Of a DNA stretch of 26,051 nucleotides, positions 5,685-16,073 are shown piece after piece (within the stretch, counting starts at the first letter, position 1; each line of letters starts with the position of its first letter). A program made the translations under genes and the position numbers. The notes below the pieces were generated by a model, which worked only from the letters and a program-made list of their open reading frames with translations, had not been told where the DNA came from and searched no databases. Where the stretch lies: the IMG/VR virus record IMGVR_UViG_3300015186_000011, positions 1 to 26,051 of that record. One strand, written 5' to 3'. The stretch is from a virus (lineage: Duplodnaviria > Heunggongvirae > Uroviricota > Caudoviricetes).

Positions 5685-6248
5685 TTGAAAACCATATCTA
5701 TATTAAAGGTTGCATTAGGCGTCGCTATTATTTTGACTCTCTCAATATTGTTTTATTTTTACCACAAAAAAACTGCTATTGCTCTTGATGGTCACGCGGC
5801 AAACTCATTTTTCTCAGAGTACATAGTGCCGCTATCAGGAAGCGGTATAACAAATAAATATACTGACTATGACATCAAATATGGAATTGATGATGGGGAG
5901 ACTATTGTATTACATGTAATCATTAAAAACCTAATGACAGTAAATAAAAATACAGACTTCAACGATAAAAATACAATACATCACAACAACAGCAAAACAT
6001 TAATTTCTTATAGTAGCAACATCTATACGGATAAATACCTAAAATACATATCAGAAGATACAATAAAAGAAACCCGCGAAAAGTTAAAAAACATATATTG
6101 TGCATCCGGCAGTTTTCACAAATTATCGCCGCAAGAGCGTTTATTCTACGAAGCAAGAAAACAACGTAAGTCAATAATATTACATTATTATGCTGATTCA
6201 GGGGAGTCACTCATATTTAATATTGGGGTTTCCCCTGAATCATGCTAA
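5685..6248 (+). CDS. AT-rich moron: membrane-anchored protein of unknown function (~188 aa), candidate superinfection-exclusion or abortive-infection factor
   Basis: TTG start at 5685 with AGGAG 8 nt upstream (alternatives: ATG 5658, track TTG 5637). N-terminal hydrophobic helix ISILKVALGVAIILTLSILFYFY, then an Asn/Lys/Tyr-rich domain. GC content is far below the flanking phage genes. Confidence 0.5.
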   Translation: MKTISILKVALGVAIILTLSILFYFYHKKTAIALDGHAANSFFSEYIVPLSGSGITNKYTDYDIKYGIDDGETIVLHVIIKNLMTVNKNTDFNDKNTIHHNNSKTLISYSSNIYTDKYLKYISEDTIKETREKLKNIYCASGSFHKLSPQERLFYEARKQRKSIILHYYADSGESLIFNIGVSPESC

Positions 6249-6259
6249 AGGTGTTTAAC

Positions 6260-9200
6260 TCACCGCATCACCGGATCCACCTGGTTTATTAGTGGCGCAA
6301 TCCAGAACAGGTTATTGCCGGGTATCAGGGTTCGGACATTATGCACAATACGATCACCGGCATCACCATTCAACACTCCTGCGGTCACATCAATGATGCT
6401 ATCCGCAAGACCAAATGACGGTCCGAATAGAGATCCTACGAATCCACGACTGGCATACCTAGACTGTGTGCCAGTGCCAAATAAAGCCCCCAGCCCAACA
6501 GCACCACCAGTAGCCTTTTCAGCCATGTTGTTATATTCCATCAATGGCCCAAGAATACCGGATCTATCTATACCCTCAAGCACCAGCTTCTCTGGTGACC
6601 AGTCAACATTTTTCCCTTTCGATGCTTCTTTAAGCGCATAGACCAGTGAGCCAAGAGCAATCTGAAATGCAGTGCCATAATAAAATTGCGCAGTTCCTTC
6701 CTGTAACCCACCAAGTAGCGCACGGTTGTATGAAGCCGTTGTGAATGATTTAAACTGAAATATCGTTCGCCCCATTGGAGTACTCGCCCATAAAGGTGTG
6801 TCACCAATACCGGGGGTGATGATAGTGTTATTAACGTCTTTCAGAACCGCTGACTGGAATACTCCGGCAACGTACTGATCGTCCCATTTATCAAAGTTAC
6901 CAATGTGCCATCCATCAATTACCTCACCATGTTTCTCGAACTCACTGCGAATACGCGCAGCCATATTGTCGTTGATACCGAGTTTTGCCATGCGACGTGC
7001 AGAAAACGCACCAGACAAAATACCGTCTGACGTGAGCATTCCGTTCATGGATTTGTTTATGTCATTAAATCGATCCATGAGTGTCAGCTTGCCGAAGGCA
7101 TCAGTAATTCGCTCCATTCCTGCTTCGACTGCTGTTGTCCTGGAAGAACTGTCAACAAGATCACCAATTGCACGAGAACGTGAATGTAGTACAGTTTCCA
7201 ATCCAATCCCCATCTTCAACATCTCTTCTTTGCTGGCCTTAAATGCCGGTGATTGGGATATCTGAGAAGCATAGCCTTTCATGGTGTTACGGAAACCATT
7301 AACCATAACCCCTCTGGCCAGATCTGGAATAGCTGATACTGTCATTCCACCGAGTTTGGTCGTGAAGTTCACATCCCGCAGAAAAGCGCCAGCACGAACA
7401 AAAAACGAAGACGGGTCATCAGGCATACCATATGTACCAACAAGACGATCGCGTAATGCTGTTATGTCTCTGAGATCATTTGCTCTTGATTTTGAAAGTC
7501 TGGACTGTTCTTTCCGTAATTCCTTTTCGTACTTTCGCATTAATGAATCGAGTTTACCCTGAGGAACAACTTCACCATTGCTCTCATAACGTGCTTTCAG
7601 ATTTGCCACACTTTCGTCATATTTCGCCTTTATTTTTTCAGGCACTTCCCGTAACAGACTGTCATATTCGTCCTCAATTAATTGCAGACGCTCAGTCATA
7701 GTTCGTTTGCCAAATGTTCTCGTCAACTCAATTTCTGCTGCCGCTTCACGGATATGACGTTGCAGCACGTAATTCACATCACTTTCAAGATAATCCCTGA
7801 TAAGACTATCAGGAACATTTAATGTTCTTTCTTTCGTACTACCTGCGGCTTTTACAGAAAATACGCTGACAAAATCCTGTGGAACCTTAGCACCAGTAAT
7901 TTTATTAATTACGATATCCGCTGCAATTTCAGCATCCTCAGGATCCAGTGTTTTATTGCCTCTCGACCACCAGTCAACCAAAATACGTCGAAATTTATCG
8001 CGTTCACTGATTATTTTTCCAACTTTATATATACGTGGAAAATAGCTTGCCTGGCCTAATGCTTTCAGTTCTTCATCTGGCGGTAATAAACCAAGCTTTT
8101 GCATTTCAACCTTCACCCGATTTAATACAGTTCGCATCGCCTGCGCCGTTTCCTGAACAACAGGATTAGCATGCACATCACCGCTTCGCATAGCATTCCC
8201 AACCTGCTGACGAAATGAATCAAAACTCATGTCGCCACCATCAGCTTTATACTTTGCGTATGCCTGTTTATTTCCGACAACAACAGCAGCTTCTTCACGC
8301 TGCCATCCACGTGTACGGGTTTCTACAGCTACCGGTGTTTCAATCCCCCTTTCATTTCCTTTAAGGGTGAAATTATTTTCGGCTAACTCCAGCGTTGTTT
8401 TTCGCACTGTCTTGGACGGAGACTCCATTAACCTTGTCAAAGGAGTAAGATAGCTCCCTGCTTTCCATGCAGCCTTTCCAACCCACCCACCGGAAACAGG
8501 GGTTAAATCATCCAGAGTCGCTGTATCAATTTTCATAGCACCAACACTACCACCATCAGAAAGCGAAGCGGCAGCCCTGTCAGTCGCTGATGTAATGCTC
8601 ATATTATCAAGAGCATCAGCAACCTCACGCGTGGCTGCAGCCCGGACGGATGGCGAAAGCGCAACACCAGCACTGGCAAACACGCCGCTCATCATCGCAC
8701 CCGCTGCAACGTGAGCGGCACTTTCACCCCATGAGCGTGTTATTTGCTGATTATTCAGCACAACCTCGCTTAATGCTGTACCGGCAGCACCAATCGCAAT
8801 CTGTGAGCCAATACGCGCCAGTGCCCCTCCTTGAGCACCGGGGATAAACATTGACGCAACAGTAACCGGATCCATTCCCGCAGCAATACTGGCAAGAGTT
8901 CCAACTACGCCAGCATCAGACAATAAACGTCTGTCTTCATTTTCATCATCTATCTGCTGCTTAATCCACGCCGTTTCCTCTGGCGATCGGGAATCTGCAA
9001 ATTTCGCCCCCCAGTATTCATAACCGTGCAACTCATTTTTATCAGCATATGGGTTATAACCTTCGACCGGTTCAAACTGTCTGGCTGGTCGGAAAAAACC
9101 AGCCAGAATATTGTTCTGTCGCATTGCAGCCCCCCATACGGAAGGCTCCGGTGGCAATGGCTCAGGATTAGCCCCTTCCGGAAGGGCAACATCAAACCCA

Positions 9201-9274
9201 GTTTGTTCCGGCAAAACATTACCTGACGGGATCAGTCCGTTATTAAGATCTTCAGCTTGTGCATAAACTGGCAT
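6260..9274 (-). CDS. Large internal virion / ejection protein (1004 aa), T7 gp16-position analogue
   Basis: Last and largest ORF of the coupled structural operon; its start overlaps the upstream stop (TAATG at 9274). Ala/Gly-rich with coiled-coil segments. Assignment is by size and synteny only. Confidence 0.55.
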   Translation of the reverse strand: MPVYAQAEDLNNGLIPSGNVLPEQTGFDVALPEGANPEPLPPEPSVWGAAMRQNNILAGFFRPARQFEPVEGYNPYADKNELHGYEYWGAKFADSRSPEETAWIKQQIDDENEDRRLLSDAGVVGTLASIAAGMDPVTVASMFIPGAQGGALARIGSQIAIGAAGTALSEVVLNNQQITRSWGESAAHVAAGAMMSGVFASAGVALSPSVRAAATREVADALDNMSITSATDRAAASLSDGGSVGAMKIDTATLDDLTPVSGGWVGKAAWKAGSYLTPLTRLMESPSKTVRKTTLELAENNFTLKGNERGIETPVAVETRTRGWQREEAAVVVGNKQAYAKYKADGGDMSFDSFRQQVGNAMRSGDVHANPVVQETAQAMRTVLNRVKVEMQKLGLLPPDEELKALGQASYFPRIYKVGKIISERDKFRRILVDWWSRGNKTLDPEDAEIAADIVINKITGAKVPQDFVSVFSVKAAGSTKERTLNVPDSLIRDYLESDVNYVLQRHIREAAAEIELTRTFGKRTMTERLQLIEDEYDSLLREVPEKIKAKYDESVANLKARYESNGEVVPQGKLDSLMRKYEKELRKEQSRLSKSRANDLRDITALRDRLVGTYGMPDDPSSFFVRAGAFLRDVNFTTKLGGMTVSAIPDLARGVMVNGFRNTMKGYASQISQSPAFKASKEEMLKMGIGLETVLHSRSRAIGDLVDSSSRTTAVEAGMERITDAFGKLTLMDRFNDINKSMNGMLTSDGILSGAFSARRMAKLGINDNMAARIRSEFEKHGEVIDGWHIGNFDKWDDQYVAGVFQSAVLKDVNNTIITPGIGDTPLWASTPMGRTIFQFKSFTTASYNRALLGGLQEGTAQFYYGTAFQIALGSLVYALKEASKGKNVDWSPEKLVLEGIDRSGILGPLMEYNNMAEKATGGAVGLGALFGTGTQSRYASRGFVGSLFGPSFGLADSIIDVTAGVLNGDAGDRIVHNVRTLIPGNNLFWIAPLINQVDPVMR

Positions 9275-11991
9275 TATTTAGATCCCCACGAAAAGTAATC
9301 TTTAAATTTGTCCATACGTTCGTTATGCAGGCGCTGATACTGCTCATCCAGAGCGCGATGCTTGTCTTTGAAGTTTCGTATAGCCTGTCCACGCATAATT
9401 TCTTCCTGCTCGTACTGCTCCCATTCCTGCTGCATTTTCTTATAAGGTTCCCAATCTTCTAGTGATGGTTCCCAACGCATAGGACGCCCATGTTTGTTAT
9501 AAAACGGCTGGACCCGATCGATGCCATTTTCATCCTTAGTTCTTACCATAATGGCGTAATCACCATTACGAGGTGTTAACACGTCAGGGGTTATGAATAA
9601 TTCTCCATTAATACGACTCTCAGGGGTTTTTGTCTCAACTACAGGAGCATTACCTGACGTGATCCCAAGCAACGTCGGACTGGTTGTTATAATCTCTTTG
9701 CGCTCACCGTACATCAGCCGTTCTTTTTCAGCTTTCCACTGCGCCGCCTGCCAGCCTGACGGCCCATATTGATAAAGCGCCTCCGGTGCATATTTCATAA
9801 ACTGCGCTTCTCCGTTAACCTCGCTGATACTCCAGGTGCGGGCTATCTGCTGGTTGGTCATTTGCTTCGCTACGTCAGCGTTACCACCAGCAACGCGGTA
9901 GTTAATGTCATACAGCGTCTGATAGTCATTACGGAATCTAGCTGCTTCCGGCGTCTGGTCATCCGCAGACGGATCCCAACGGAACCACTGCGCCATATTG
10001 CTGACAGCAGAATTCATCGCCTTGCTGCGATCATTTTTGTACTCTTTTGAACTCTGCGTTGATGCCAATTGAGCTTTAAGAGCATCGGTCTGGTTGTACG
10101 TAAGGTTCTGCGCCTGCTCGATAGCCGCATCAGCAGACATGCCAGAATCAGTTAGTTGCTTAACAGTCAGATAAAAACCCTGCATATCCTTCGGCATATT
10201 TCCAATAGATGCATTGTCTGTTTCATATAACCGACTAAACAGTTCCGCCGCATTTTTAACCACTTCCTGATTGCTGGATCGGGATACTGCTGAAAGCTGC
10301 GTGATGACCTGCGAAGGCATTATGCCAGTCTGAGCCACAAGCCGAACAACCCCATCATGAGTGGAGGCATCATTAATACGAAAGTTCTGCGCCATTTCTG
10401 TGTAATCAGCAGCTTTCTGCATTGACTTGTTGCTTGGGTCTAATTTTTCACCTATTGTCAGCGCCTCATTGAATCTGCGTGAATCCCGTTGCGCCTGAAT
10501 TGCTTCATTTGATCTCTGAAGCAATGCAGACAATTTTCCGTAAGCATCGAGTTTTAACGCATAGTGAGGATCGTTAACCTCAGGCTTCACTTTCTGCATT
10601 TCTTCTTGCTGCTGAGAAGGAGGCAAATACTGAATTGCCTGGAATATTCTCGCGTTATCAATCGCTATATCCAGTTGATTGATTATTTTATCTGCGTTTT
10701 TTCCATACCCCCTGATGATGGTCTCCTGAGCCGGTATATAATCTGGAACCTCACCGTTATATAGCTGTGCCATGGTGTTATTAATAGCTGGCTCAAGCTG
10801 TTCTAATATTAACTTCCTTTGCTTTTCTATCTGACTATTAGCAAGGTTATCTATTTGATAAATAGTCAGCGGATCCATTCCAGTTTTATTTTTTCTATAT
10901 CGGGAAAGCCACCCTTGTGTTTCTGATGGAAGATTTCGGATAAATTCTTCTTCTGATATTTCACCTTTACGTGGATCACCGACTTTGGCGATCAGTTTAT
11001 CCACGTTACCCATCCCCCAGTTATATGCTGCTCCGGTCAATATTTCGGAACCGTACTTACCATACAGTTGATTTACATAGTCACTGGCGAGCATTTCATG
11101 CTGTTGTTCGTCCGTAGGGTTGTATTCAACGCCACGCTTGGCCGCCAGTTCTTTTCCTGTGCCCGGCATTAACTGGTATTTCCCCTGTGCTCTCTCTCCA
11201 GAAGATGTTATCGGTCCCTCAAGAAGACTACCATCAGGATTAAAATGTCGATCACCTGATTCAACAAGGCGTATGGCACGCATGTCCATGCCTCCAGAAT
11301 CATTTTTCTGAAACAGACCATTTAGCCATCCTTCTGGATTGGCAGCGGCATAATTCTTCGCCCGCATTTCTGTGGCACTGCGATCATCACTTTCTATTTC
11401 TTCCAGAATGCGTTCTTGTGACCATCCCCTGGCAGCTCCATATCTGGCAATGGCTACCATTCTGGAATTTCGGGCTAAGGTGGCAGTTTGCGGGTCATTC
11501 CAGGCATCCGCTTCATTTTGTATCCATAATTTTCTCGTTGCCTGATATTGCTCATCTTCATAGGCATTTGTCTGCCCTATCTCATGTCTGAGAACTCCAG
11601 TACTGAACTGAATTTTCTGTGTTCTGGCTTGTTGCAAAAACATATTTCTTGCTGCTTCATCAGTCAATGAAGCAGCTATTTCTTCCACATCCTGATCAAA
11701 TCCAGATATGTACTCTTGCCCCTTACCAATCGCATTTTTGCCTTGTTGTGCATAAAAACCGGTTTGAGGGTTATAAAGACGTTCATTGCTGCGCTGATTA
11801 AGCTGAAGGATGGCATCCTGAGACAATGCAACATTCGCTTTCTGCCTGGCTTCACCATATGCCACCGCATACTGATCTGCGACATTCGCCAGCACCTGAC
11901 CTGCTTGAGGAACATCGAAGGTCTGAAAACCACCGGTTTGCACACCACGACTTTGCACCTGACGTCCGGATATTGTTGGTACGACTGGCAT
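9274..11991 (-). CDS. Internal virion protein with a soluble lytic transglycosylase (SLT) domain (906 aa)
   Basis: True start is probably the ATG at 11991 (MPVVPTISG..), with GGAGG 6 nt upstream and a TAATG overlap with the preceding gene; the track ORF extends to 12066. SLT signature LVESGDRHFNP...SSGERAQGKYQLMPGTGKELA...TGAAYNWGMGNV lies at roughly 11000-11310. Confidence 0.65.
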   Translation of the reverse strand: MPVVPTISGRQVQSRGVQTGGFQTFDVPQAGQVLANVADQYAVAYGEARQKANVALSQDAILQLNQRSNERLYNPQTGFYAQQGKNAIGKGQEYISGFDQDVEEIAASLTDEAARNMFLQQARTQKIQFSTGVLRHEIGQTNAYEDEQYQATRKLWIQNEADAWNDPQTATLARNSRMVAIARYGAARGWSQERILEEIESDDRSATEMRAKNYAAANPEGWLNGLFQKNDSGGMDMRAIRLVESGDRHFNPDGSLLEGPITSSGERAQGKYQLMPGTGKELAAKRGVEYNPTDEQQHEMLASDYVNQLYGKYGSEILTGAAYNWGMGNVDKLIAKVGDPRKGEISEEEFIRNLPSETQGWLSRYRKNKTGMDPLTIYQIDNLANSQIEKQRKLILEQLEPAINNTMAQLYNGEVPDYIPAQETIIRGYGKNADKIINQLDIAIDNARIFQAIQYLPPSQQQEEMQKVKPEVNDPHYALKLDAYGKLSALLQRSNEAIQAQRDSRRFNEALTIGEKLDPSNKSMQKAADYTEMAQNFRINDASTHDGVVRLVAQTGIMPSQVITQLSAVSRSSNQEVVKNAAELFSRLYETDNASIGNMPKDMQGFYLTVKQLTDSGMSADAAIEQAQNLTYNQTDALKAQLASTQSSKEYKNDRSKAMNSAVSNMAQWFRWDPSADDQTPEAARFRNDYQTLYDINYRVAGGNADVAKQMTNQQIARTWSISEVNGEAQFMKYAPEALYQYGPSGWQAAQWKAEKERLMYGERKEIITTSPTLLGITSGNAPVVETKTPESRINGELFITPDVLTPRNGDYAIMVRTKDENGIDRVQPFYNKHGRPMRWEPSLEDWEPYKKMQQEWEQYEQEEIMRGQAIRNFKDKHRALDEQYQRLHNERMDKFKDYFSWGSK

Positions 11992-12536
11992 TATAATCCT
12001 CCGGGTAATCTGGTTCCTGCTGCTGCCCCGATTGGCGCAGGAGTGCTTTGAGTAAACGGACTCCACGTCCCACCAAACATCTGGTACGCACCGTATGCCT
12101 TCAGAGGCGCAGTGAGCAATGTTGTTGCTGCTCCCACATTCCCCTGTTTACGGGCTGAACTGGCTTCTGCTTTATAGTTGGCAGCCTGAACCTGATAACC
12201 GTAAGCCTCGCGTTGCGCGTTATTCACCGTCGTCAGCGAATCAAGAGCGCCAAACTGGGCAGTGTCGCCAAATATATCCAGCGCGTTACCGGTAGATAAA
12301 TCGGCGCCGGTCGCCCCCATTGTCGCCGCTTGAGTACCAAGCCGCTGTCGGGTCTCTCTGCGCCGTTGCTCAGCTTCAGCGTTACCTCTGTTTATTGCAT
12401 CATTTGCCTGAGCAGTGGCTATATCTGCGTTCGCTTCTGCAACCTTCGAGGCATACTTTCCCTGTTGGTACTGGGTGTATGCCTGAATGCCACTCATGGC
12501 GAGCATTGCGCCACCAGCAATAACCGGATCGCACAT
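11991..12536 (-). CDS. Putative internal virion protein (181 aa), gp14-position analogue
   Basis: Translationally coupled to both neighbours; Ala/Gln-rich; size and position match T7-like gp14. No family signature recognised. Confidence 0.45.
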   Translation of the reverse strand: MCDPVIAGGAMLAMSGIQAYTQYQQGKYASKVAEANADIATAQANDAINRGNAEAEQRRRETRQRLGTQAATMGATGADLSTGNALDIFGDTAQFGALDSLTTVNNAQREAYGYQVQAANYKAEASSARKQGNVGAATTLLTAPLKAYGAYQMFGGTWSPFTQSTPAPIGAAAGTRLPGGL

Positions 12537-13000
12537 TATTTTCTCTCCATGTGAAATCTGTGGAAATTAAGACCAAGAGCACCATAAGGCGCGGCTTCTT
12601 CAAGCCTGAATCCAAGCCAGTGCAGCCATGCTTTGGCAACATGGTTTCGCTCGTCGACGTAGTTTTCCAGGCGCGGATAAACTGCCAGCATCTGCTGCAA
12701 TACAGGTCGGCAGTGGCGAAGAAATGTCTTCTGATATTTTTCAATACGGCTGGTTCCTACCAGCCAGGGTGTACCATTGCCACCGATCATTGACGCCGGA
12801 GATACACCAAACATGGTTACCAGTTCTCCGTTCGCGAACCCTGACCAGGCCATAGTCGCAGTGCGAAGACCAACACGCAGCGCATCTTCGGTAGTCATCA
12901 GCGATACCGCATACAGTTCGTCAATATCAACCTGACGAACATCCGGCAAAATCATCTGAAGATGCTCTTCGGTGGCGGGAATAATTCGAACATCGATCAT
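12536..13000 (-). CDS. Putative internal virion protein (154 aa), gp13-position analogue
   Basis: Translationally coupled (shares one base with each neighbour); call is positional. Confidence 0.45.
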   Translation of the reverse strand: MIDVRIIPATEEHLQMILPDVRQVDIDELYAVSLMTTEDALRVGLRTATMAWSGFANGELVTMFGVSPASMIGGNGTPWLVGTSRIEKYQKTFLRHCRPVLQQMLAVYPRLENYVDERNHVAKAWLHWLGFRLEEAAPYGALGLNFHRFHMERK

Positions 13001-15465
13001 CAGAATCCCCCAACAGTAAGACGAGGAATAACGGCAAGAACAGACAGCGGCAACGGGTCAAGCTGACGGATTCTTACACGTCCGTTTTTGCCCCAGTTAC
13101 TGTCCAGTTTCACTTCTACTTTTCCGGTAGCGTCATCAACAGGATCATCGTAGAACTCGAATTCACGCTGTGGATATTCGTACCATTTACCGCCGGGCGT
13201 AGTCGCCCAGATGCCACGACTGGCATTCACAACCAGAGTAACGGACGGGATCACCTGTTTTTTGTCCAGCAGCGTTTCCTGTCCGTTAATGTTGATATCC
13301 AGTGTTTCGAATTCAGCAGTTATTGGCAGGCCGATGTGCACTACAGCCCCAGGTGATTCCAGCGTGACGGCACCTCCGGAAACCACTTTCTGTGGTTCCA
13401 CGTTCGCATCAGAGAGAATGTTTACGGTCTGGCCTTCAAGATGAGACAGGCCTCCAAATGTCCGGCGCGCCATCTGCCAGTTCGTGGTGGCCACATTCCT
13501 GAGGGATGGCGGGACGTTCCTGTTAGCACGAACCACTACAGCGGTATTGCTGGTTACAGAAATAATGTCGCAACGTAATTCTTTTGACACTTCAGTATCA
13601 GGATCAGTTCCGGTATAAGGGAACTGTAGTTGCGCGCCGACATCACTACTGGTGAAGTACGCACCACCAGAAACACTGATTGTATATTCCGCACGGTAAT
13701 CCCATTCACCAGAACCACCAGTGATGGTCATCGTTCTGTCAGACGTATTTCTTCCATCATAGCTAAGGCCAGAATCAACAAAGAAAGCATCTTCATCGCT
13801 GGTAAATAAACGGCTGGACAGTCGCTCTATGTATCTCACTGTTTGCCCGTTAACGGTTCGGTTAACGACGAAATACACCGCATCTTCATTGCCTTCGCTG
13901 ATACTGCATGTGCTTTCATATTTTCCGGTACTGGATTGTGGTGCCCATGCAAAAACCTGCTGATCACGCAAATAGGTCATCACCAGTAATTTACCGTCAT
14001 CACGAATGCAGAAGGCGCTGGAGTAAGGGACAATCGAGAAGCACCAGTCAACAATGCTGTGCTTCTGAAAAAGATGATTGGCAAGGATGGTCAGGTCGTT
14101 CCCCTGATAGCCGTCAACATCGAATGAGTAGGCCAGATCACGGACAACACTGCCTTTCTCCTGGACGAACAGAGCAATATTCGCCACGGCAATTGGTGGG
14201 ACATTGCTCGAGCCATTTGATCCCTGAGAGCTGAATGCAAATGATGATGGGGTAAGCACTTTGTTCTGGTCGCCAGTGATGACGTACTCACCTCCGGAAG
14301 TCAGCGCCACCAGCGAACCAACATCAATCAGGTGACGGATCTCATTAACCTGACGCCCGGCATAGGTGTAGATAATTCTGTCGTCATCCTGCGTAGGATT
14401 GCTTTTGCCAAAATCCTTATAATCCCCGGTACGGCTGGCCCAGATAGTCTGAGGGAACGCAGTCGATGCGGCGAAGTAAAGGCGTTGTTGATAATAAACA
14501 ACAGTGCCAGGATAACCGTTAATACTGTTCCAGGCATATTTAGCCCATTTATAGCTGGCATTATCCTCGCCAACTACCTGCGAAGGGATATAGGAAATCA
14601 CCTCGGCAGTTGCAGTAGTTCCATTTGCAGCAGAGATACGGGCAATGCCAAAACCACTGTGCAGATACTCCCACTCAATGCCGGTATCATCATCACCGGA
14701 TCCGCCCCAGCCATCCCATGATGTGCCTTCTGTATGCGAAGGGCGCAAAGTGCCTGTTTTGCCTGCTGTAACGGCGCGATAGTAGTTACTGTCTGCACGG
14801 CGAATATCGCCAATCGACGTACTCTTACTGGTTTCCCATACCGGCACAGAATCCACTGCAGGCTGTTCCAGATAGAACAATTTGCCTACCTGCTCCGCGC
14901 CAAAAATTGAGGCGCTTGCCGTTAACGTAATTGTCCCAGTGCTGGCGCTGGCATAAACCGTCACTGACTCGTCAATATTGATATCTTCAAATGGCCCGTT
15001 CTTCGTTACCACATCAACCAGTTGCCAGTTGTCATGCGCATAGCGGCGCAACTCTTTCGGCGGGTATGCCGGATGAACCAGCGTAAGCACGTCTGCGCTT
15101 TGCGTGAATTTAATTCGGAACAGATCGGCTTCAGTATATGGCGTGGCAATTTCATAAATAACATTGCTGCTGTTCAGCACCAACGCACCATCTTTGATAA
15201 CGCGCATGTACTGGTGTCCGAACTCCAGAGCATAAGTCTGAACCGTCGAGAACTGGAACGGGATCAGGCGGCATTTCCGATTTGGGTATTTGGCGGCACC
15301 GACAAAACGCGTACCAGGTCGATTCTCAACGCCGCCATACTGCCGCACGATAAAGTTATCGCACTTGCGCAATGCCACCTGGTACTTCGCCATGTCGATA
15401 CGACCGTACAACGACGGTCCAATCTCACCACCGGCAAAGCTGGGCTGGATCCAACTGATAGCCAT
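13000..15465 (-). CDS. Putative tail tubular protein B-like (821 aa)
   Basis: Size and order (202 aa then 821 aa directly after the capsid-associated genes) mirror T7 gp11 (196 aa) and gp12 (794 aa). No sequence-level confirmation. Confidence 0.5.
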   Translation of the reverse strand: MAISWIQPSFAGGEIGPSLYGRIDMAKYQVALRKCDNFIVRQYGGVENRPGTRFVGAAKYPNRKCRLIPFQFSTVQTYALEFGHQYMRVIKDGALVLNSSNVIYEIATPYTEADLFRIKFTQSADVLTLVHPAYPPKELRRYAHDNWQLVDVVTKNGPFEDINIDESVTVYASASTGTITLTASASIFGAEQVGKLFYLEQPAVDSVPVWETSKSTSIGDIRRADSNYYRAVTAGKTGTLRPSHTEGTSWDGWGGSGDDDTGIEWEYLHSGFGIARISAANGTTATAEVISYIPSQVVGEDNASYKWAKYAWNSINGYPGTVVYYQQRLYFAASTAFPQTIWASRTGDYKDFGKSNPTQDDDRIIYTYAGRQVNEIRHLIDVGSLVALTSGGEYVITGDQNKVLTPSSFAFSSQGSNGSSNVPPIAVANIALFVQEKGSVVRDLAYSFDVDGYQGNDLTILANHLFQKHSIVDWCFSIVPYSSAFCIRDDGKLLVMTYLRDQQVFAWAPQSSTGKYESTCSISEGNEDAVYFVVNRTVNGQTVRYIERLSSRLFTSDEDAFFVDSGLSYDGRNTSDRTMTITGGSGEWDYRAEYTISVSGGAYFTSSDVGAQLQFPYTGTDPDTEVSKELRCDIISVTSNTAVVVRANRNVPPSLRNVATTNWQMARRTFGGLSHLEGQTVNILSDANVEPQKVVSGGAVTLESPGAVVHIGLPITAEFETLDININGQETLLDKKQVIPSVTLVVNASRGIWATTPGGKWYEYPQREFEFYDDPVDDATGKVEVKLDSNWGKNGRVRIRQLDPLPLSVLAVIPRLTVGGF

Positions 15466-16073
15466 CAGGACAACCTCGCAATGGTAAACTCGTCAACCGG
15501 TGGCTGTGGTTCCTGTGATTCATTCTGGCTATGCGAGCCAGCACTAAGAATCACGCGATTGTACATATTGAGGGCAAACGTACCGAGGTCTGCATTCCCA
15601 GTCAGCGCCATGTTAATAGCTGCCGCAAGACGCCAGGCCAACGCCTCCATAAAAATGGCATCAAACATGTTCACATCTGAAACGCGAGAGACATACTTGA
15701 GCCATGCCTGCGGCTGGTCTGTGTAGATCAACTTTCCTGTTCCGTCGGTGTCTGCACCAACTTCGTACTGAACGCGCATTGCTGCTGTTGGATTGCGAAC
15801 ACCGGGAAGCATGATTTCAGTGATGCGCAGGCAATCAGACGGGTACTGATACGCATACGCCCAGTCAGGCGGTGGATTGCTCGTATCTGCAAGCGCCACG
15901 CGTTTGGTAGCAAAGTTCCAGTCAAAATCAGAAAGCACAGCATCACGACAGGCATCGAAATGCAGGGAACACTCCCCCGCCTCTTTGCTGGCCTCAGTCA
16001 GGCTATTGATGCTGCGACTGTTGCCGATATTCGACAGCGCGCGGTTGCAGATCTCGACAACAGAAGCCATCAC
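15465..16073 (-). CDS. Putative tail tubular protein A-like (202 aa)
   Basis: Position and size as for T7 gp11; coupled to neighbours (ATGA overlap at 16070-16073). Confidence 0.45.
   Translation of the reverse strand: MMASVVEICNRALSNIGNSRSINSLTEASKEAGECSLHFDACRDAVLSDFDWNFATKRVALADTSNPPPDWAYAYQYPSDCLRITEIMLPGVRNPTAAMRVQYEVGADTDGTGKLIYTDQPQAWLKYVSRVSDVNMFDAIFMEALAWRLAAAINMALTGNADLGTFALNMYNRVILSAGSHSQNESQEPQPPVDEFTIARLS

Noticed and set aside
5608-5687. Type II toxin-antitoxin reading of the RHH-fusion gene plus the downstream membrane protein
   Set aside because: The N-terminal domain is specifically Mnt-like and sits in a P22-type immI context, the genes are ~90 bp apart with an intervening hairpin, and the downstream product is a membrane protein unlike type II toxins. 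I kept it only as a moron of unknown function.
15022-15726. 234-aa plus-strand ORF
   Set aside because: Antisense to the translationally coupled tail-tubular genes and spanning a gene junction; no RBS; shadow ORF.
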